The notes under the pieces are model-generated. The model did not search any database, was not told the DNA's origin, and saw nothing but the letters and a program-made list of their open reading frames with translations. From assembly GCA_963748215.1 (NCBI GenBank), contig CAVVHS010000006.1, positions 608,001 to 672,000 on the forward strand: a stretch of DNA of 64,000 nt, given 5' to 3'. The translations under genes and the position numbers were made by a program. The DNA is from an uncultured Gammaproteobacteria bacterium. Lineage in GTDB: Bacteria > Pseudomonadota > Gammaproteobacteria > UBA9214. This document shows positions 32,138 to 46,005 of the stretch, piece after piece. How positions within the stretch are numbered: the first letter of the stretch is position 1; every line of letters starts with the position of its first letter.

Positions 32138-33413
32138 CTGTCGGCGGAAAATACGGGCTGGCCAGCGCCTCTCCCACGGTGATAAAGGAACCGCTTACCA
32201 CGATGCGGTCCGCCGGCGCGGCCAGCTCCAGCGCCTGCGCCAGGGCCGCCGCGACAGTGTCGAACAGCCGGATTTCCCGGTGCGTGCCCGGTATGGCAAT
32301 ACGCTGCGCCAGTGCCTCGGCCGGGAGGCCACGCGCCACGGCCAGACTGGCCAGGCACCAGCGATCGATACGGCCGTCCAGTGCGGCGGCAAAGGCCGCG
32401 GCGTCCTTGTCCGCGAGCATGCCCAGCACCAGCCAGGTTCGGCCGGCCACGGGGCTGGCATGCAGCTGTCTGGCCAGCATGCCGGCACTGTCCGGGTTGT
32501 GCGCCACGTCGAGGATGACCTGCGGCGTACCGGGAAATACCTGGAAACGGCCGGCCAGCCGGACCGTGCGCAACGCCTGCTCAAGCGCGTCGCGGCTGAC
32601 CGGTAAATGCGCATCGAGCAATTCAACGACTGCCAGCACCCCGGCTGCATTATTCAGCTGACATTCTCCAGACAGTGCGGGCAACGGCAGCGCGTCATGC
32701 CCTCCGTGCCAGCCGCGCCAGCTCCAGTACTGGCCGGCGCGGGTGCGGGTGAATTGCCCGCCCAGCGCATACCAGTGCGCACCGATGCCGGCAGCGTGCT
32801 GCCGCAGGCTGGTCGGCGGTGACGGGTCGGAACAGACTGCCGGGCGGCCAGCGCGAAAGATCCCCGCCTTCTCCCGGCCGATGGTTTCACGATCATTGCC
32901 CAGCCAGGCGCTGTGGTCGATGCCGATTGACGTGACCAGCGCGACATCGGCGTCGATGATATTCACGGCATCCAGGCGTCCGCCCAGGCCTACTTCCAGC
33001 AGCGCGATATCGAGTCCGGCACCGTCGAACAGCAGCAGGGCGGCGAGCGTGCCGAATTCGAAATAGGTCAGCGACACCCCGTCACGTGCCTGGTCGACAC
33101 GCTCGAATGCCGCACACAGCGCGGCATCATCGACCTCGCGGCCGTCGATGCGGATGCGTTCGTTGTAACGCAGCAGGTGCGGCGAGGTGTAGCTGCCGGT
33201 GCGATACCCGGCATTACGGTAGATTGCCTCCAGCAGGGCGACGCTGGATCCCTTGCCGTTGGTGCCCGCGACGGTGACGATCCGGTAGCCGGGTTGCAGC
33301 ACCTCCAGGCGCCGCGCCACGGCGACCACCCGTTCCAGGCCGAGGTCGATCTTGCGCGGATGCAGGCTGTCCTGCCAGGTCAGCCAGTCGGCAAGGGTTT
33401 GGAAACGTGGCAT
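32130..33413 (-). CDS. folC: Bifunctional dihydrofolate/folylpolyglutamate synthase
   Basis: VAGTNGKGS, YTSPHL, EVGLGGRLDAVN, DVAHNP. Confidence 0.97.
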   Translation of the reverse strand: MPRFQTLADWLTWQDSLHPRKIDLGLERVVAVARRLEVLQPGYRIVTVAGTNGKGSSVALLEAIYRNAGYRTGSYTSPHLLRYNERIRIDGREVDDAALCAAFERVDQARDGVSLTYFEFGTLAALLLFDGAGLDIALLEVGLGGRLDAVNIIDADVALVTSIGIDHSAWLGNDRETIGREKAGIFRAGRPAVCSDPSPPTSLRQHAAGIGAHWYALGGQFTRTRAGQYWSWRGWHGGHDALPLPALSGECQLNNAAGVLAVVELLDAHLPVSRDALEQALRTVRLAGRFQVFPGTPQVILDVAHNPDSAGMLARQLHASPVAGRTWLVLGMLADKDAAAFAAALDGRIDRWCLASLAVARGLPAEALAQRIAIPGTHREIRLFDTVAAALAQALELAAPADRIVVSGSFITVGEALASPYFPPTAR

Positions 33414-33496
33414 GGTATGCGTGCCTGGCGGGCGGCGACCGGTTGCAGTGATGTGTTGCCGGTCAGTCAGCGCGGCACAGGTGCGGCGGTAATGAA

Positions 33497-34363
33497 TCAG
33501 TCGGCCGGGACCGGCTGTCTCGTAAGGATTTTCAGGATGCCGGCAATACGATCGCTCATTTCACGGCGGTCGATGATCATGTCGATGGCACCGTGCTCAA
33601 GCAGGAATTCACTGCGCTGGAAACCTTCCGGAAGGGTTTCGCGCACGGTCTGCTCGATGACGCGCGGACCGGCGAAGCCGATCAGGGCGCGCGGTTCCGC
33701 AACATTGATATCGCCAAGCATGGCAAAACTGGCCGACACGCCGCCCATGGTCGGGTCGGTGAGTACGGAAATGTAGGGAATACCCGCTTCCGCGAGCCGG
33801 GCCAGTGCCGCGCTGGTTTTTGCCATCTGCATAAGCGAGAACAGCGCCTCCTGCATGCGTGCCCCGCCACTGGCGGAAAAGCAGATCAACGGCCGCTTCT
33901 CCTTGATGCACAGTTCAACGGCACGGACGAAGCGTTCGCCGACCACCGCGCCCATGGAACCGCCCATGAACCTGAACTCAAAGGCCACGGCTACCACCGG
34001 CAGGCTGCGCAGCGTGCCTTGCATTGCGATCAGGGCATCGGTCTCGCCGGTCTCCTTCTGCGCGGCGTTCAGGCGATCACGGTATTTTTTGCTGTCCTTG
34101 AACTTGAGCACATCCACGGGTTCGATGGACTTGCCGATTTCCTTGCCGGAATCGTCATCCAGGAACATTTTCAGGCGCAGCCGGGCGCCGATGCGTATGT
34201 GATGACTGCACTTGGGGCAGACGTCGAAGTTTCGCTCCAGCTCGGAGCGGTACAGTACCGCACTGCAGCCGTTGCACTTGATCCAGAGGCCTTCCGGCAC
34301 GGTGCGCTTGTTGCCACCGACGGTGCGGATCTTGGACGGGACGAGTTTACTGAACCAGCTCAT
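33497..34363 (-). CDS. accD: Acetyl-CoA carboxylase carboxyltransferase beta subunit
   Basis: C4 zinc finger, [24 protein letters not shown]. Confidence 0.98.
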   Translation of the reverse strand: MSWFSKLVPSKIRTVGGNKRTVPEGLWIKCNGCSAVLYRSELERNFDVCPKCSHHIRIGARLRLKMFLDDDSGKEIGKSIEPVDVLKFKDSKKYRDRLNAAQKETGETDALIAMQGTLRSLPVVAVAFEFRFMGGSMGAVVGERFVRAVELCIKEKRPLICFSASGGARMQEALFSLMQMAKTSAALARLAEAGIPYISVLTDPTMGGVSASFAMLGDINVAEPRALIGFAGPRVIEQTVRETLPEGFQRSEFLLEHGAIDMIIDRREMSDRIAGILKILTRQPVPAD

Positions 34364-34413
34364 GACATGAATTGTACATGGCGTGAAGTCAGGATGTCAT
34401 TCCGCTGTATCTT

Positions 34414-35219
34414 TCAGGCACCGGCATCGATGGCGGCACGCATCTCGCCGACAATGGCCGCCAGCTGTCCGGGAATGCTTTCCGGCTGCTCGAGCAGTTC
34501 CGGAATCCGCCCGACCAGGGCGCTGCCGACCACGACGGCATCGGCAATGGCGGCCACCTGTGCGGCCGATGCAGCATCGCGAATACCGAAGCCGACCCCG
34601 ATCGGCAGTTGCGTGTGCCGGCGCAGTTCCTGCAGCTTGCCCTTCACTGCACCGACGTCAAGCCGGTTGGCACCGGTGACGCCCTTGAACGAGACGTAGT
34701 ACAGGAATCCGCTCGCCAGCTCGCTGACCAGCCGCATGCGCTCTACATTACTGGTCGGGGCCAGCAGGAAGATGGTGTCAATCTCATGCTTGCGCAAGGC
34801 GTCCACCAGCCCGCCCGCCTCTTCCGGCGGCATATCCACCGTCAGCACGCCATCCACGCCGGCCGCCGCGGCCGCGGCCGCGAAATCCACGTACCCCCAC
34901 ACCTCGATCGGGTTGAGATAGCCCATCAGGATGACCGGCGTGGACATGTCCTGGCGACGGAATTCCCTGACCATGTCGAGCACCTGGTGCAGTGTGACAT
35001 GGTGTTCCAGTGCCCGCTCGCAGGCGGCCTGGATGACCGGCCCGTCGGCCATCGGGTCGGAAAACGGCACCCCGACCTCGAGCAAATCGGCACCGGCGCC
35101 GACCAGTGCATGCAGCAGCGGCACGGTAACAGTCGGCAGCGGGTCGCCGGCGGTGATATAGGGGATCAGTGCCTTGCGCCGCTGTTGCCGCAGCCGGGTA
35201 AAGCACTCTGCGATGCGGC

Positions 35220-35223
<4 letters not shown>
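34414..35223 (-). CDS. trpA: Tryptophan synthase alpha chain
   Basis: [22 protein letters not shown]. Confidence 0.98.
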
Positions 35224-36426
<1,203 letters not shown>

Positions 36427-36449
<23 letters not shown>

Positions 36450-37062
36450 TGTTAGCCACTCCTTTCATGAATGCAGCGATCTTGCCGGCGGACTTGATGC
36501 CCCGCGCCTGTTCGACGCCGCTGCTGACGTCCACCGCGTATGGCCGGGTCGCGCGAATCGCCGCCGCCACGTTCTCCGGCGTCAGGCCACCGGCGAGAAT
36601 CAGCGGTGCCGGTATGCCGGTCGGCACCCGATCCCAGTCGAAGGTCTCGCCACCACCACCGTGGGTGGCCGGTTGCCAGGCATCAAGCAGGAAACCCGCG
36701 GCGTCCGGATACTGATCCATCGTCGCAACGACATCGGTCCCCGGTTGCATGGCGATGGACTTGATGAACGGCAGTCCAAAACGTTTGCAGTCCGGATTGG
36801 TCTCCTGTCCGTGAAATTGCAACAGACCCAGCGGCACTTGCGCAAGCACCGCACGGATTGCATCCTCGCTGGCATTCACGAACAGGCCGGTGACGGTGAC
36901 AAACGGCGCCACCGACATGGCAATAGCACGCGCCGTCGCCGTGCTGACACAACGCGGGCTGCGCGGAAAGAACACCAGACCCAGGGCATCGGCCCCGCTG
37001 TCCACCACCACGGCCGCGTCTTCCGTCCGGGTAATGCCACATATTTTAACGCGCGTGCGCAT
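36427..37062 (-). CDS. trpF: Phosphoribosylanthranilate isomerase
   Basis: [24 protein letters not shown]. Confidence 0.96.
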
Positions 37063-37133
37063 AGTTACCATCGATCTTGTCATCCAGCCTGATGAATGTA
37101 ACAGAATTCCTTACCTGGCAGTGACTTATCGCA

Positions 37134-37919
37134 TCAGGCCTGGTCAAACACCGGCCACCAGCCGGTCGCCGGGATCTGGAAATGACCGTCATAGACAACC
37201 CTGACCAGGTATAGCCCCTCCGCCGGGGCGTTGACCCCGCCCGCCGTGCGGTCGCGCGCCGCGAGCAGTTGCGCGGACCAGCCCGGCGCCTGATCGCCCC
37301 GCCCGACCGCGATCAGCACACCGGCGATACCGCGTACCATGTGATGCAGGAAGGCATTGGCGACCACATCGATATACAGGCACCGGCCGGCGCGCGTCAC
37401 ATCCAGCCGGTGAATCGTGCGTACCGGGCTTTTCGCCTGGCACGCCGCTGCGCGAAAGGAGGTGAAATCGTGCTCGCCGAGCAGGTGCCGGGCCGCCACC
37501 TGCATGCGTTCCACGTGGAGCGGCAATCGCTCCCGGCACACCCGGTTGCGCAACAGCGCCGTTGCCGCCGGACTGTTGAGGATAACGTAGCGGTAATGGC
37601 GCCGGCGCGCGGAAAAACGCGCATGAAAATCCGCAGCAACTTCAGCCGCCCACTGCACGCGAATATCGCCGGGCAGATTCGAATTTACACCACGTACCCA
37701 GTTATCGGGCGCACGCACGGCCGCGCTGTCGAAGTGAATCACCTGGCCGGTCGCGTGCACGCCGGTGTCGGTGCGCCCGGCGCAGACCACGCTGACGTCC
37801 TCGTTCGCCACGCTGGACAGTGCCTGCTCAACGCAGCCCTGCACCGTGCGCCCGTCAAGCTGGCGCTGCCAGCCGATAAAGGCGGCCCCGTCATACTCGA
37901 TACCCAACGCGGTACGCAT
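37134..37919 (-). CDS. truA: tRNA pseudouridine(38-40) synthase
   Basis: IEYDG, GWQRQ, AGRTDTGVHA, FLHHMVR. Confidence 0.97.
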   Translation of the reverse strand: MRTALGIEYDGAAFIGWQRQLDGRTVQGCVEQALSSVANEDVSVVCAGRTDTGVHATGQVIHFDSAAVRAPDNWVRGVNSNLPGDIRVQWAAEVAADFHARFSARRRHYRYVILNSPAATALLRNRVCRERLPLHVERMQVAARHLLGEHDFTSFRAAACQAKSPVRTIHRLDVTRAGRCLYIDVVANAFLHHMVRGIAGVLIAVGRGDQAPGWSAQLLAARDRTAGGVNAPAEGLYLVRVVYDGHFQIPATGWWPVFDQA

Positions 37920-38051
37920 GTGTGTGGTGGCTGTGAAAGCTTGCGTCAACAGTTGGCAGCGACCCGGATGCGGTCGCGATGTGCGCCTGACCACATGGCC
38001 GCGCAGCTATCACGGCATGCTGTTACAGGCGCATGGCTGTGCGTCAGGACC

Positions 38052-40277
38052 TCAGGCAATTTGCGAATATATTTTTTCTGCTTCCTGCTTCTGTTCCGAG
38101 TTACCCTCTTCCATGACCTCGCCGAGGATACTGCGCGCACTGTCCTTGTCATCCATGTCGATATAGGCACGGGCAAGATCGAGCTTGGTGGTCACCTCGT
38201 CCTCGCTGGCCAGCGTGCCATCGAAGCTGTCCTCGTCTTCCAGTTGATCGAGACCGTACTCGATTGTCCCGGGCAGATCCTGGTCGCGATTCGGCGACTC
38301 GCCGAGATCGAGACCGAAGTCGTCCTCGGCCGCGGTGCCGGATACGCTGTCCATGCCGGACAGATCCATGTCGAATTCGATGCTGTTGTCCTGCCGCTCG
38401 CCGCTGTCCGGTGACTCCCCGGCGTGGTCACTGGCCTCCTGCGCCGGGGCGCCGGCACGGTAGAGGTCGTTCTGCGGCGCCATGGTATAGCCCATGGTCG
38501 CGACCTTGATCCAGCGCTCGTCGTCTTCCGCGACGCCATCCCGGAAATCGCTGGCCGCCTGTTCAAACGCCGCCGTGTTACCGGCAATGTGATAGACCTC
38601 CAGCAACTTGAGCCTGACGGCATCGTCGTCCGGATCACGCTGCAGAGCCGCCTGCAGCACGTCCTCGGCCTGCTGGATCCTGCCGTAGGCGAGATAGACC
38701 TCGGACTCCGTAACCGGATTATTATCGGTAGCCTCCTGCGTGACCTGCTCTTCCTGGCGTGGCTCGGACTCATCGACATCGACATCGAACATCGGCTGCG
38801 GCCAACTGCGCTCCGCTTTGGCGGCGTCACTGGCAAGCTGACTGGACAGGGTCATTTCTTCGTCGAACATGTCGGAGGTGTCTTTCTGGCGATTCGCCAG
38901 CCACAGGAAACCACCGAGCAACAGCGCCACCAGGACACCCGCACCGGCCAGGATCGGGTTGTCCAGGACCTTGTTCATGATGGCCGACGGTATCCCTGCC
39001 GATTCGCCGGGTTCCGGCGTCGCGGCAGCCGCTTCCTCGATTTCTGCCTCTGTGGTTGTTGCGGCCGCCATCGCCTCATCCGTCGCTTCGGGGAATGCTG
39101 CGCCATCTGCGGCCGCCGGGTCCCCGGCCGTTGCCACGCCGTTTTGCAGGTTCGCCAGGGCATCGTCTTTCAATACCAGCAGCCGCTTCATGGTCTCGAT
39201 CTGCTGTTCGAGCTCGTCGACGCGGGATTGCAGTTCGCGCGACTGCGCCTTGCCGGCCTCCACCTCTTCCGTGGCCAGCGCGAGCTGCTGGTTCAGGTCC
39301 GCGTCACCACCGGTTTCGGCCGTGATGGTCTCAGGGTCGCCGGGCATGGCCGCACCCTCGACGGCATCGCCTTCGGGCGCCACCAGCTGCAGGCGAGCAC
39401 TGCCGGCGGATTCTGCCTGCGCAGCTGCCCCGGGCATTGCCGGCGTTTCCGCGCCGGGAGCGTCGGCGACCGTATCGCCGTCGGATTTCCATTCACTGTA
39501 CTGGCGTCGCGTCTCGGCCAGCGCCTCGCGGGCGCTTAACGCAACGACTTCATCACGCGCCGGCACCTTGAGTGTCGCGCCGGCCTTGAGCAGGTTCATG
39601 TTGCCGTTGACGAAGGCATCCGGATTGGCACGCAGCAGTGCCAGCATCATCTGATGCATGGAGATACTGTCATCGGGCCGGACCCGCTCGGCAATCGACC
39701 AGAGCGTTTCACTGCGCCGGATCGGGCCGTACTCGCCGGCCGCGGTCGGCGCCACCGACACGGTGGCCGGGGCCGATGCAGCGCGAGTCGCCGGCGCGCG
39801 CACCTGGCGCACCGGTTGCGGTGTAACAGGCCGGGTGGCCGCCTGCGACACCGGTGCGGGCGGCACCGAGGGCGTGGCCGGCATGGTGACAGGCGGGTCG
39901 ACCAGCACGGTGTACTGGCGCAGCAGGCGCCCGTTCGGCCATTCCAGCTCCAGCATGAATTCCAGGTATGGCTCGCGCACCGGGTCCGCGCTGGTCACAC
40001 GTACCACGGCATTGCCGGTGCGTCCCGGCTCCACCGTGAACTTGAAATTGGCCAGCAGCGCTGACTTGGTCAGCCCGGCGCGCCGATGTGCCTCGAGCGA
40101 GGCCAGGGATACCTTGATGGTGTCGACAGGAGTGCCGGCCGAGGATGTCAGATCTATGACGGCCTGCATCGGCTGATTGAGTGCCGACGTCATGTTGATC
40201 TCGCCAAGCCCGAGGGCAAATAAACGGGGCGATGTCACTATCAGCAAGGCCGCGGCGACAGCCATTTTTCTGAGCAT
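38052..40277 (-). CDS. fimV: FimV/HubP polar landmark protein
   Basis: LGLG...SALNQP N-terminus, LysM (ETLWSIA), coiled coil, TM helix, C-terminal TKLDLARAYIDM. Confidence 0.92.
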   Translation of the reverse strand: MLRKMAVAAALLIVTSPRLFALGLGEINMTSALNQPMQAVIDLTSSAGTPVDTIKVSLASLEAHRRAGLTKSALLANFKFTVEPGRTGNAVVRVTSADPVREPYLEFMLELEWPNGRLLRQYTVLVDPPVTMPATPSVPPAPVSQAATRPVTPQPVRQVRAPATRAASAPATVSVAPTAAGEYGPIRRSETLWSIAERVRPDDSISMHQMMLALLRANPDAFVNGNMNLLKAGATLKVPARDEVVALSAREALAETRRQYSEWKSDGDTVADAPGAETPAMPGAAAQAESAGSARLQLVAPEGDAVEGAAMPGDPETITAETGGDADLNQQLALATEEVEAGKAQSRELQSRVDELEQQIETMKRLLVLKDDALANLQNGVATAGDPAAADGAAFPEATDEAMAAATTTEAEIEEAAAATPEPGESAGIPSAIMNKVLDNPILAGAGVLVALLLGGFLWLANRQKDTSDMFDEEMTLSSQLASDAAKAERSWPQPMFDVDVDESEPRQEEQVTQEATDNNPVTESEVYLAYGRIQQAEDVLQAALQRDPDDDAVRLKLLEVYHIAGNTAAFEQAASDFRDGVAEDDERWIKVATMGYTMAPQNDLYRAGAPAQEASDHAGESPDSGERQDNSIEFDMDLSGMDSVSGTAAEDDFGLDLGESPNRDQDLPGTIEYGLDQLEDEDSFDGTLASEDEVTTKLDLARAYIDMDDKDSARSILGEVMEEGNSEQKQEAEKIYSQIA

Positions 40278-40358
40278 TCCGGAATCCCCTTTTGGTTGAC
40301 TCATCCTGAGAAGCCACTCCCAAATCAACAGCTTGTTGGCATGGTGGCAGACTATAAC

Positions 40359-41381
<1,023 letters not shown>

Positions 41382-41411
41382 GATTGTTGAACCTGTTCGG
41401 TTGCTTCGTGT

Positions 41412-42488
41412 TTAAACCCGCAATGCCGCTACCACGGCATCACCCATTTCCTGCGTGCCCACCGTGCGCGTGCCCGGCGAAGCGATATCCGGCGTGCGCA
41501 GACCCTTGTCCAGCACGCGTCCGACTGCCTGCTCGATGCGCTCCGCCTGCGCCGGCAGTTCGAGGCTGTAGCGCAGCATCATCGCCACCGACAGGATCGT
41601 TGCCAGCGGGTTGGCCACGCCCTGGCCGGCAATATCCGGTGCCGAGCCGTGAATCGGCTCGTACATGCCCTTGCCGGCTTTGTCCAGCGAGGCCGATGGC
41701 AGCATGCCGATCGAGCCGGTCAGCATGGCCGCGGCATCCGACAGGATGTCGCCGAACATGTTTGACGTCACCATGACGTCGAACTGCTTCGGCGCGCGCA
41801 CCAGCTGCATGGCGGCATTATCAACGTACATGTGGCTCAGCTCGACGTCCGGATATTCCTGCGCGGTCCGCACCACCACCTCGCGCCACAGCTCGCTGCA
41901 TTCCAGCACATTGGCCTTGTCGACCGAGCACAGCCGCTTCGAGCGCTTGCGCGCAATCTCGAACGCCACCCGCGCGATTCGCTCGATCTCGGACTCGCTG
42001 TACACCAGGGTGTTGAAGCCCTCGCGCTGGCCGTCTTCGCGGATTCGGATGCCGCGCGGCTTGCCAAAATAGATGCCGCCGGTCAGCTCGCGCACGATCA
42101 TGATATCCAGGCCGCTGACGATTTCCGCCTTCAGCGTCGACGCCTCGGCCAGCTGCGGGTAGAGCATCGCCGGCCGCAGGTTGGCGAACAGACCGAGTTC
42201 GCTGCGCAGACCGAGCAGGCCCTGTTCCGGCCGCAGCGAGCGTTCCAGTTTTTCCCAGCGCGGGCCGCCGACTGCGCCCAGCAGGATGGCGTCCGCCGCA
42301 CGCACCAGCTCCAGCGTCGCGGCCGGCAGCGGGTGGCCGTGGGCGTCGTAGGCCGCGCCGCCCACCGGCGCGTGCTCGATTTCCGCATCCAGACCGTATT
42401 CTGAACCCAGCACGGCCAGTACTTTTTCCGCCTCGGCCACGATCTCCGGGCCGATACCGTCACCGGCTAATATTGCTATTTTATACAT
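41412..42488 (-). CDS. leuB: 3-isopropylmalate dehydrogenase
   Basis: [28 protein letters not shown]. Confidence 0.98.
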   Translation of the reverse strand: MYKIAILAGDGIGPEIVAEAEKVLAVLGSEYGLDAEIEHAPVGGAAYDAHGHPLPAATLELVRAADAILLGAVGGPRWEKLERSLRPEQGLLGLRSELGLFANLRPAMLYPQLAEASTLKAEIVSGLDIMIVRELTGGIYFGKPRGIRIREDGQREGFNTLVYSESEIERIARVAFEIARKRSKRLCSVDKANVLECSELWREVVVRTAQEYPDVELSHMYVDNAAMQLVRAPKQFDVMVTSNMFGDILSDAAAMLTGSIGMLPSASLDKAGKGMYEPIHGSAPDIAGQGVANPLATILSVAMMLRYSLELPAQAERIEQAVGRVLDKGLRTPDIASPGTRTVGTQEMGDAVVAALRV

Positions 42489-42511
42489 ATTTCATTTAGT
42501 TACACGTTTTT

Positions 42512-43159
42512 TCAGGAATCAGTATTAAATAACCAGGGCGCCTGCTCGCGCCGCTGGGCCTCGAACACGCGTATCGCGTCGGCATGCTGCAGGGTCAGGC
42601 CGATATCATCCAGCCCGCGGATCAGGCAGTCCTTGCGGAAACCGTCCACTTCGAAAGTGATCTCTCCCTGGTCCGGCGTGCGGATCGTCTGTGCGGGCAG
42701 ATCGACTTCCAGCGCATAGCCCGGCGTCGCCTCGGTCGCATGGAACAGCCGGCTGACCGTGTCAGCCGCCAGCACGATGGGCAGCACGCCGTTCTTGAAA
42801 CAGTTGTTGAAAAAGATGTCGGCAAAGCTCGGCGCGATCACCACGCGCAGACCGTAATCCAGCAACGCCCATACCGCGTGCTCACGCGATGAACCGCAGC
42901 CGAAGTTTTCCCTGGCCAGCAGTATACGCGCACCCTGGTAGCGCGGGTGATTCAACACGAAATCCGGATTCAGCGGTCGGGTGCTGTTATCCCCGCCCGG
43001 TTCGCCATGATCCAGGTAGCGCCATTCGTCGAACAGGTTCGGCCCGAAACCGCTGCGCCGGATCGACTTCAGGAACTGCTTGGGGATGATGGCATCGGTA
43101 TCGACATTGGGCCGGTCAAGCGGCGCCACGATTCCTGCTACGACGTTAAATTTCTCCAT
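42512..43159 (-). CDS. leuD: 3-isopropylmalate dehydratase small subunit
   Basis: [24 protein letters not shown]. Confidence 0.97.
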   Translation of the reverse strand: MEKFNVVAGIVAPLDRPNVDTDAIIPKQFLKSIRRSGFGPNLFDEWRYLDHGEPGGDNSTRPLNPDFVLNHPRYQGARILLARENFGCGSSREHAVWALLDYGLRVVIAPSFADIFFNNCFKNGVLPIVLAADTVSRLFHATEATPGYALEVDLPAQTIRTPDQGEITFEVDGFRKDCLIRGLDDIGLTLQHADAIRVFEAQRREQAPWLFNTDS

Positions 43160-43173
43160 GGCTCGGTCCCGGG

Positions 43174-44586
43174 CTAGTCGGTGTCGGTGCAAACGTTGGC
43201 AAAATGGCCGGTCACGGCAGCCAGCGCGGCCATGGCCGGGCTGACCAGGTGCGTGCGTCCACCCTGCCCCTGGCGCCCCTCGAAATTACGGTTCGAGGTC
43301 GACGCGCAGCGCTCACCGGGCTCCAGGCGGTCGGCATTCATCGCCAGGCACATCGAGCAGCCCGGCTCGCGCCACTCGAAGCCTGCCGCCCTGAAGATGG
43401 CGTCCAGCCCCTCGGCCTCGGCCTGGCGCTTCACCAGGCCGGAACCCGGCACCACCAGCGCCTGCTTGACGCCCTCCGCCACCCGGCGGCCACGAATGAC
43501 GCTTGCTGCGGCACGCAGGTCTTCGATGCGCGCGTTGGTACAGGACCCGATGAACACGTGATCGGGGCGGATAGCGGTGATCGGCATGCCAGGCAGCAGG
43601 TCCATGTAGGCCAGCGCCTTGCGCATGCTCTCGGCCTTGACACCGTCAGGTTCGCTCTCGGGATCAGGGACGACACCGTCGACGGACGCTACCATTTCCG
43701 GCGAGGTACCCCAGGTCACCTGAGGGGCGATTGCGGCGGCATCCAGCACCACGGTCTGGTCGAACACCGCGTCGGCATCGCTGTGCAGGTCGCGCCAGGC
43801 CGCCACGGCCTGGTCCCACTGTGCACCCCGGGGGGCGTACGGGCGGTTCTTCAGGTAGTCGATGGTGGTGTCATCCACTGCCACCATGCCGGCACGCGCA
43901 CCGGCCTCGATGGCCATGTTGCAGACCGTCATGCGGCCCTCCATCGACAAATCCCGAATGACGCTGCCGCCGAACTCGATGGAATAACCGGTGCCGCCGG
44001 CAGTGCCGATGCGGCCGATGATGGCCAGCACGACGTCCTTGGCGGACACACCCGGCGCGAGGGTGCCGTCAACGCGCACCAGCAGCGTCTTCGTCTTGCG
44101 CAGTATCAGGCACTGGGTGGCCAGCACGTGCTCGACATCGGAGGTACCGATGCCGAACGCCAGCGCGCCGAACGCACCGTGTGTCGAGGTATGCGAGTCA
44201 CCGCACACCACGGTCATGCCCGGCAGCGTGGCACCCTGCTCCGGTCCGATCACGTGCACAATGCCCTGGCGCGGATCATTCATGGTGAATTCGGTGATGC
44301 CGAACTCCGTGCAGTTGCGGTCCAGTGTCTCCACCTGCAGGCGCGATACCGGGTCGGCGATACCCGCGCTGCGATCGGTAGTGGGCACATTGTGGTCGGG
44401 CACCGCGAGAATCGAGCGGATGCGCCACGGCACGCGCCCGGCCAGGCGCAGCCCCTCGAAGGCCTGCGGTGAGGTGACCTCGTGCACCAGGTGCCGATCG
44501 ATGTATATCAGCGCCGTGCCATCGGCCTCCTGGCGCACGCAGTGCGCATTCCAGAGCTTGTCGTACAGGGTGTTGCCGGACATCAC
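43174..44586 (-). CDS. leuC: 3-isopropylmalate dehydratase large subunit
   Basis: [34 protein letters not shown]. Confidence 0.98.
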   Translation of the reverse strand: MMSGNTLYDKLWNAHCVRQEADGTALIYIDRHLVHEVTSPQAFEGLRLAGRVPWRIRSILAVPDHNVPTTDRSAGIADPVSRLQVETLDRNCTEFGITEFTMNDPRQGIVHVIGPEQGATLPGMTVVCGDSHTSTHGAFGALAFGIGTSDVEHVLATQCLILRKTKTLLVRVDGTLAPGVSAKDVVLAIIGRIGTAGGTGYSIEFGGSVIRDLSMEGRMTVCNMAIEAGARAGMVAVDDTTIDYLKNRPYAPRGAQWDQAVAAWRDLHSDADAVFDQTVVLDAAAIAPQVTWGTSPEMVASVDGVVPDPESEPDGVKAESMRKALAYMDLLPGMPITAIRPDHVFIGSCTNARIEDLRAAASVIRGRRVAEGVKQALVVPGSGLVKRQAEAEGLDAIFRAAGFEWREPGCSMCLAMNADRLEPGERCASTSNRNFEGRQGQGGRTHLVSPAMAALAAVTGHFANVCTDTD

Positions 44587-44658
44587 ATCATTACCGCAGT
44601 CGGGACCAGTTAAAGCGCTGGATTATATTAGGATAGACCGGTGGAAGTCATCCATGCG

Positions 44659-45798
44659 CTACAGCTGCTCTCCGGGACGCATGCCGAACAGCACCACGAA
44701 CACGCTCGCCAGGCTGACGCCCGCCGCCAGCAGGTACATGGATTGCGCGCCCATGCCGGTCCACAGATAGCCGCTGATCAGGCTGCCGATCGCCCCGCCG
44801 GCACCGAAACTGATACTGCTGTACAGCGCCTGGCCACGCCCCTGGTGAGCGCCGGTAAACAGCCGGTGCACCATGTAGATGGCCACGGCGTGGTACAGGC
44901 CGAAACTCGCGGCATGCAGGGTCTGCGCCAGCAACATAACCGGCAGCCGGTCGGCAAAGCCGGCGATCAGCAACCAGCGCAGCGTGGTCAGCGAGACAGC
45001 GGCCAGCAGCAGGCGGCGCGCGCCGAAGCGCGGCAACAGGCGCGGCATGATCAGGAAAACGCCGATTTCCGCCACTACACCCAGCGCCCAGAGCTGGCCG
45101 ATCACGGCCGTCGAGTAGCCGTAGCTCTCCAGGTAGATGCTGAAGAAGGCATAGTACGGGCCGTGGCTGGCCTGCACCAGGAAACAGACCGCGAGCAGTG
45201 CCAGCACCACCGGGCGGCGCAGCACGTCACGCAGGCGCGCCTGGTCCAGCGGCAGATGGCCGGCGGCGGATTCCGGCACGACCAGGCTGCTCAGCCAGAT
45301 CAGGATGAACACCACGGCCAGCACCTGCGGCAAGCGGTGGGTGCCGTACATATCGAGCATCGGACCCAGCGCCGCCACCGTGATAATGAAACCGACCGAT
45401 CCCCATAGACGGATGCCGCTGTAGCGATGCGTTTCACCGCCCAGGTGATTCATGGTGGTGGCCTCGAACTGCGGCAGCGCGGCGTTCCAGAAAAAACTGA
45501 ACGCGATCATGACCAGCGCCATCCACCAGAAACCACTAGCGAAGAACACACCCGTGAAGCTCAGTGCCGCCAGCAGCGAGGCACCGCGCACGATGGTCAT
45601 GCGATGGCCGGTCGTATCGGCGATCCAGCCCCAGACGTTGGGCGCCACGATCTTGGTCGCCATGAGGATGGCGATCAGCTGACCGATCTGGGTGACGGAA
45701 AAATCCAGCGACTTGAGGTACAGCCCCCAGTACGGCACCAGGGCACCGAGCGAGGCGAAATAAAACAGGTAGAAACCGGACAGCCGCCAGTAGATCAT
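44659..45798 (-). CDS. MFS transporter (HcaT/MFS_1_like)
   Basis: About 12 hydrophobic segments, YSGIRLWGSVGF motif. Confidence 0.85.
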   Translation of the reverse strand: MIYWRLSGFYLFYFASLGALVPYWGLYLKSLDFSVTQIGQLIAILMATKIVAPNVWGWIADTTGHRMTIVRGASLLAALSFTGVFFASGFWWMALVMIAFSFFWNAALPQFEATTMNHLGGETHRYSGIRLWGSVGFIITVAALGPMLDMYGTHRLPQVLAVVFILIWLSSLVVPESAAGHLPLDQARLRDVLRRPVVLALLAVCFLVQASHGPYYAFFSIYLESYGYSTAVIGQLWALGVVAEIGVFLIMPRLLPRFGARRLLLAAVSLTTLRWLLIAGFADRLPVMLLAQTLHAASFGLYHAVAIYMVHRLFTGAHQGRGQALYSSISFGAGGAIGSLISGYLWTGMGAQSMYLLAAGVSLASVFVVLFGMRPGEQL

Positions 45799-45836
45799 GG
45801 CACGGGGTAATACAGTCCTGTCACCCGCCGTGGTGG

Positions 45837-46005
45837 CCGGGAATCCGCCGGATTCGGTACTGATCTACTGCGCCGGCGGGACAGCGGTCCGTATTCCGGA
45901 TGCGCCGCGTTAAACAGCGGCAGCTGTTCTCCTCGAACGATTCGAAAAATGACCTCACGCTCCCGCCCGGCTCGCTACGATCCCCCAAATCCGGCCAACT
46001 CCTAG
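45837..46005. repeat. Second-family imperfect palindromic element (~170 bp) ending in the CTAG that holds the aroC stop
   Basis: Nested inverted arms: CCGGATTCGG/CCAAATCCGG, GATC/GATC, GGCGGGA/TCCCGCC, GGTC/GACC. Confidence 0.6.
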
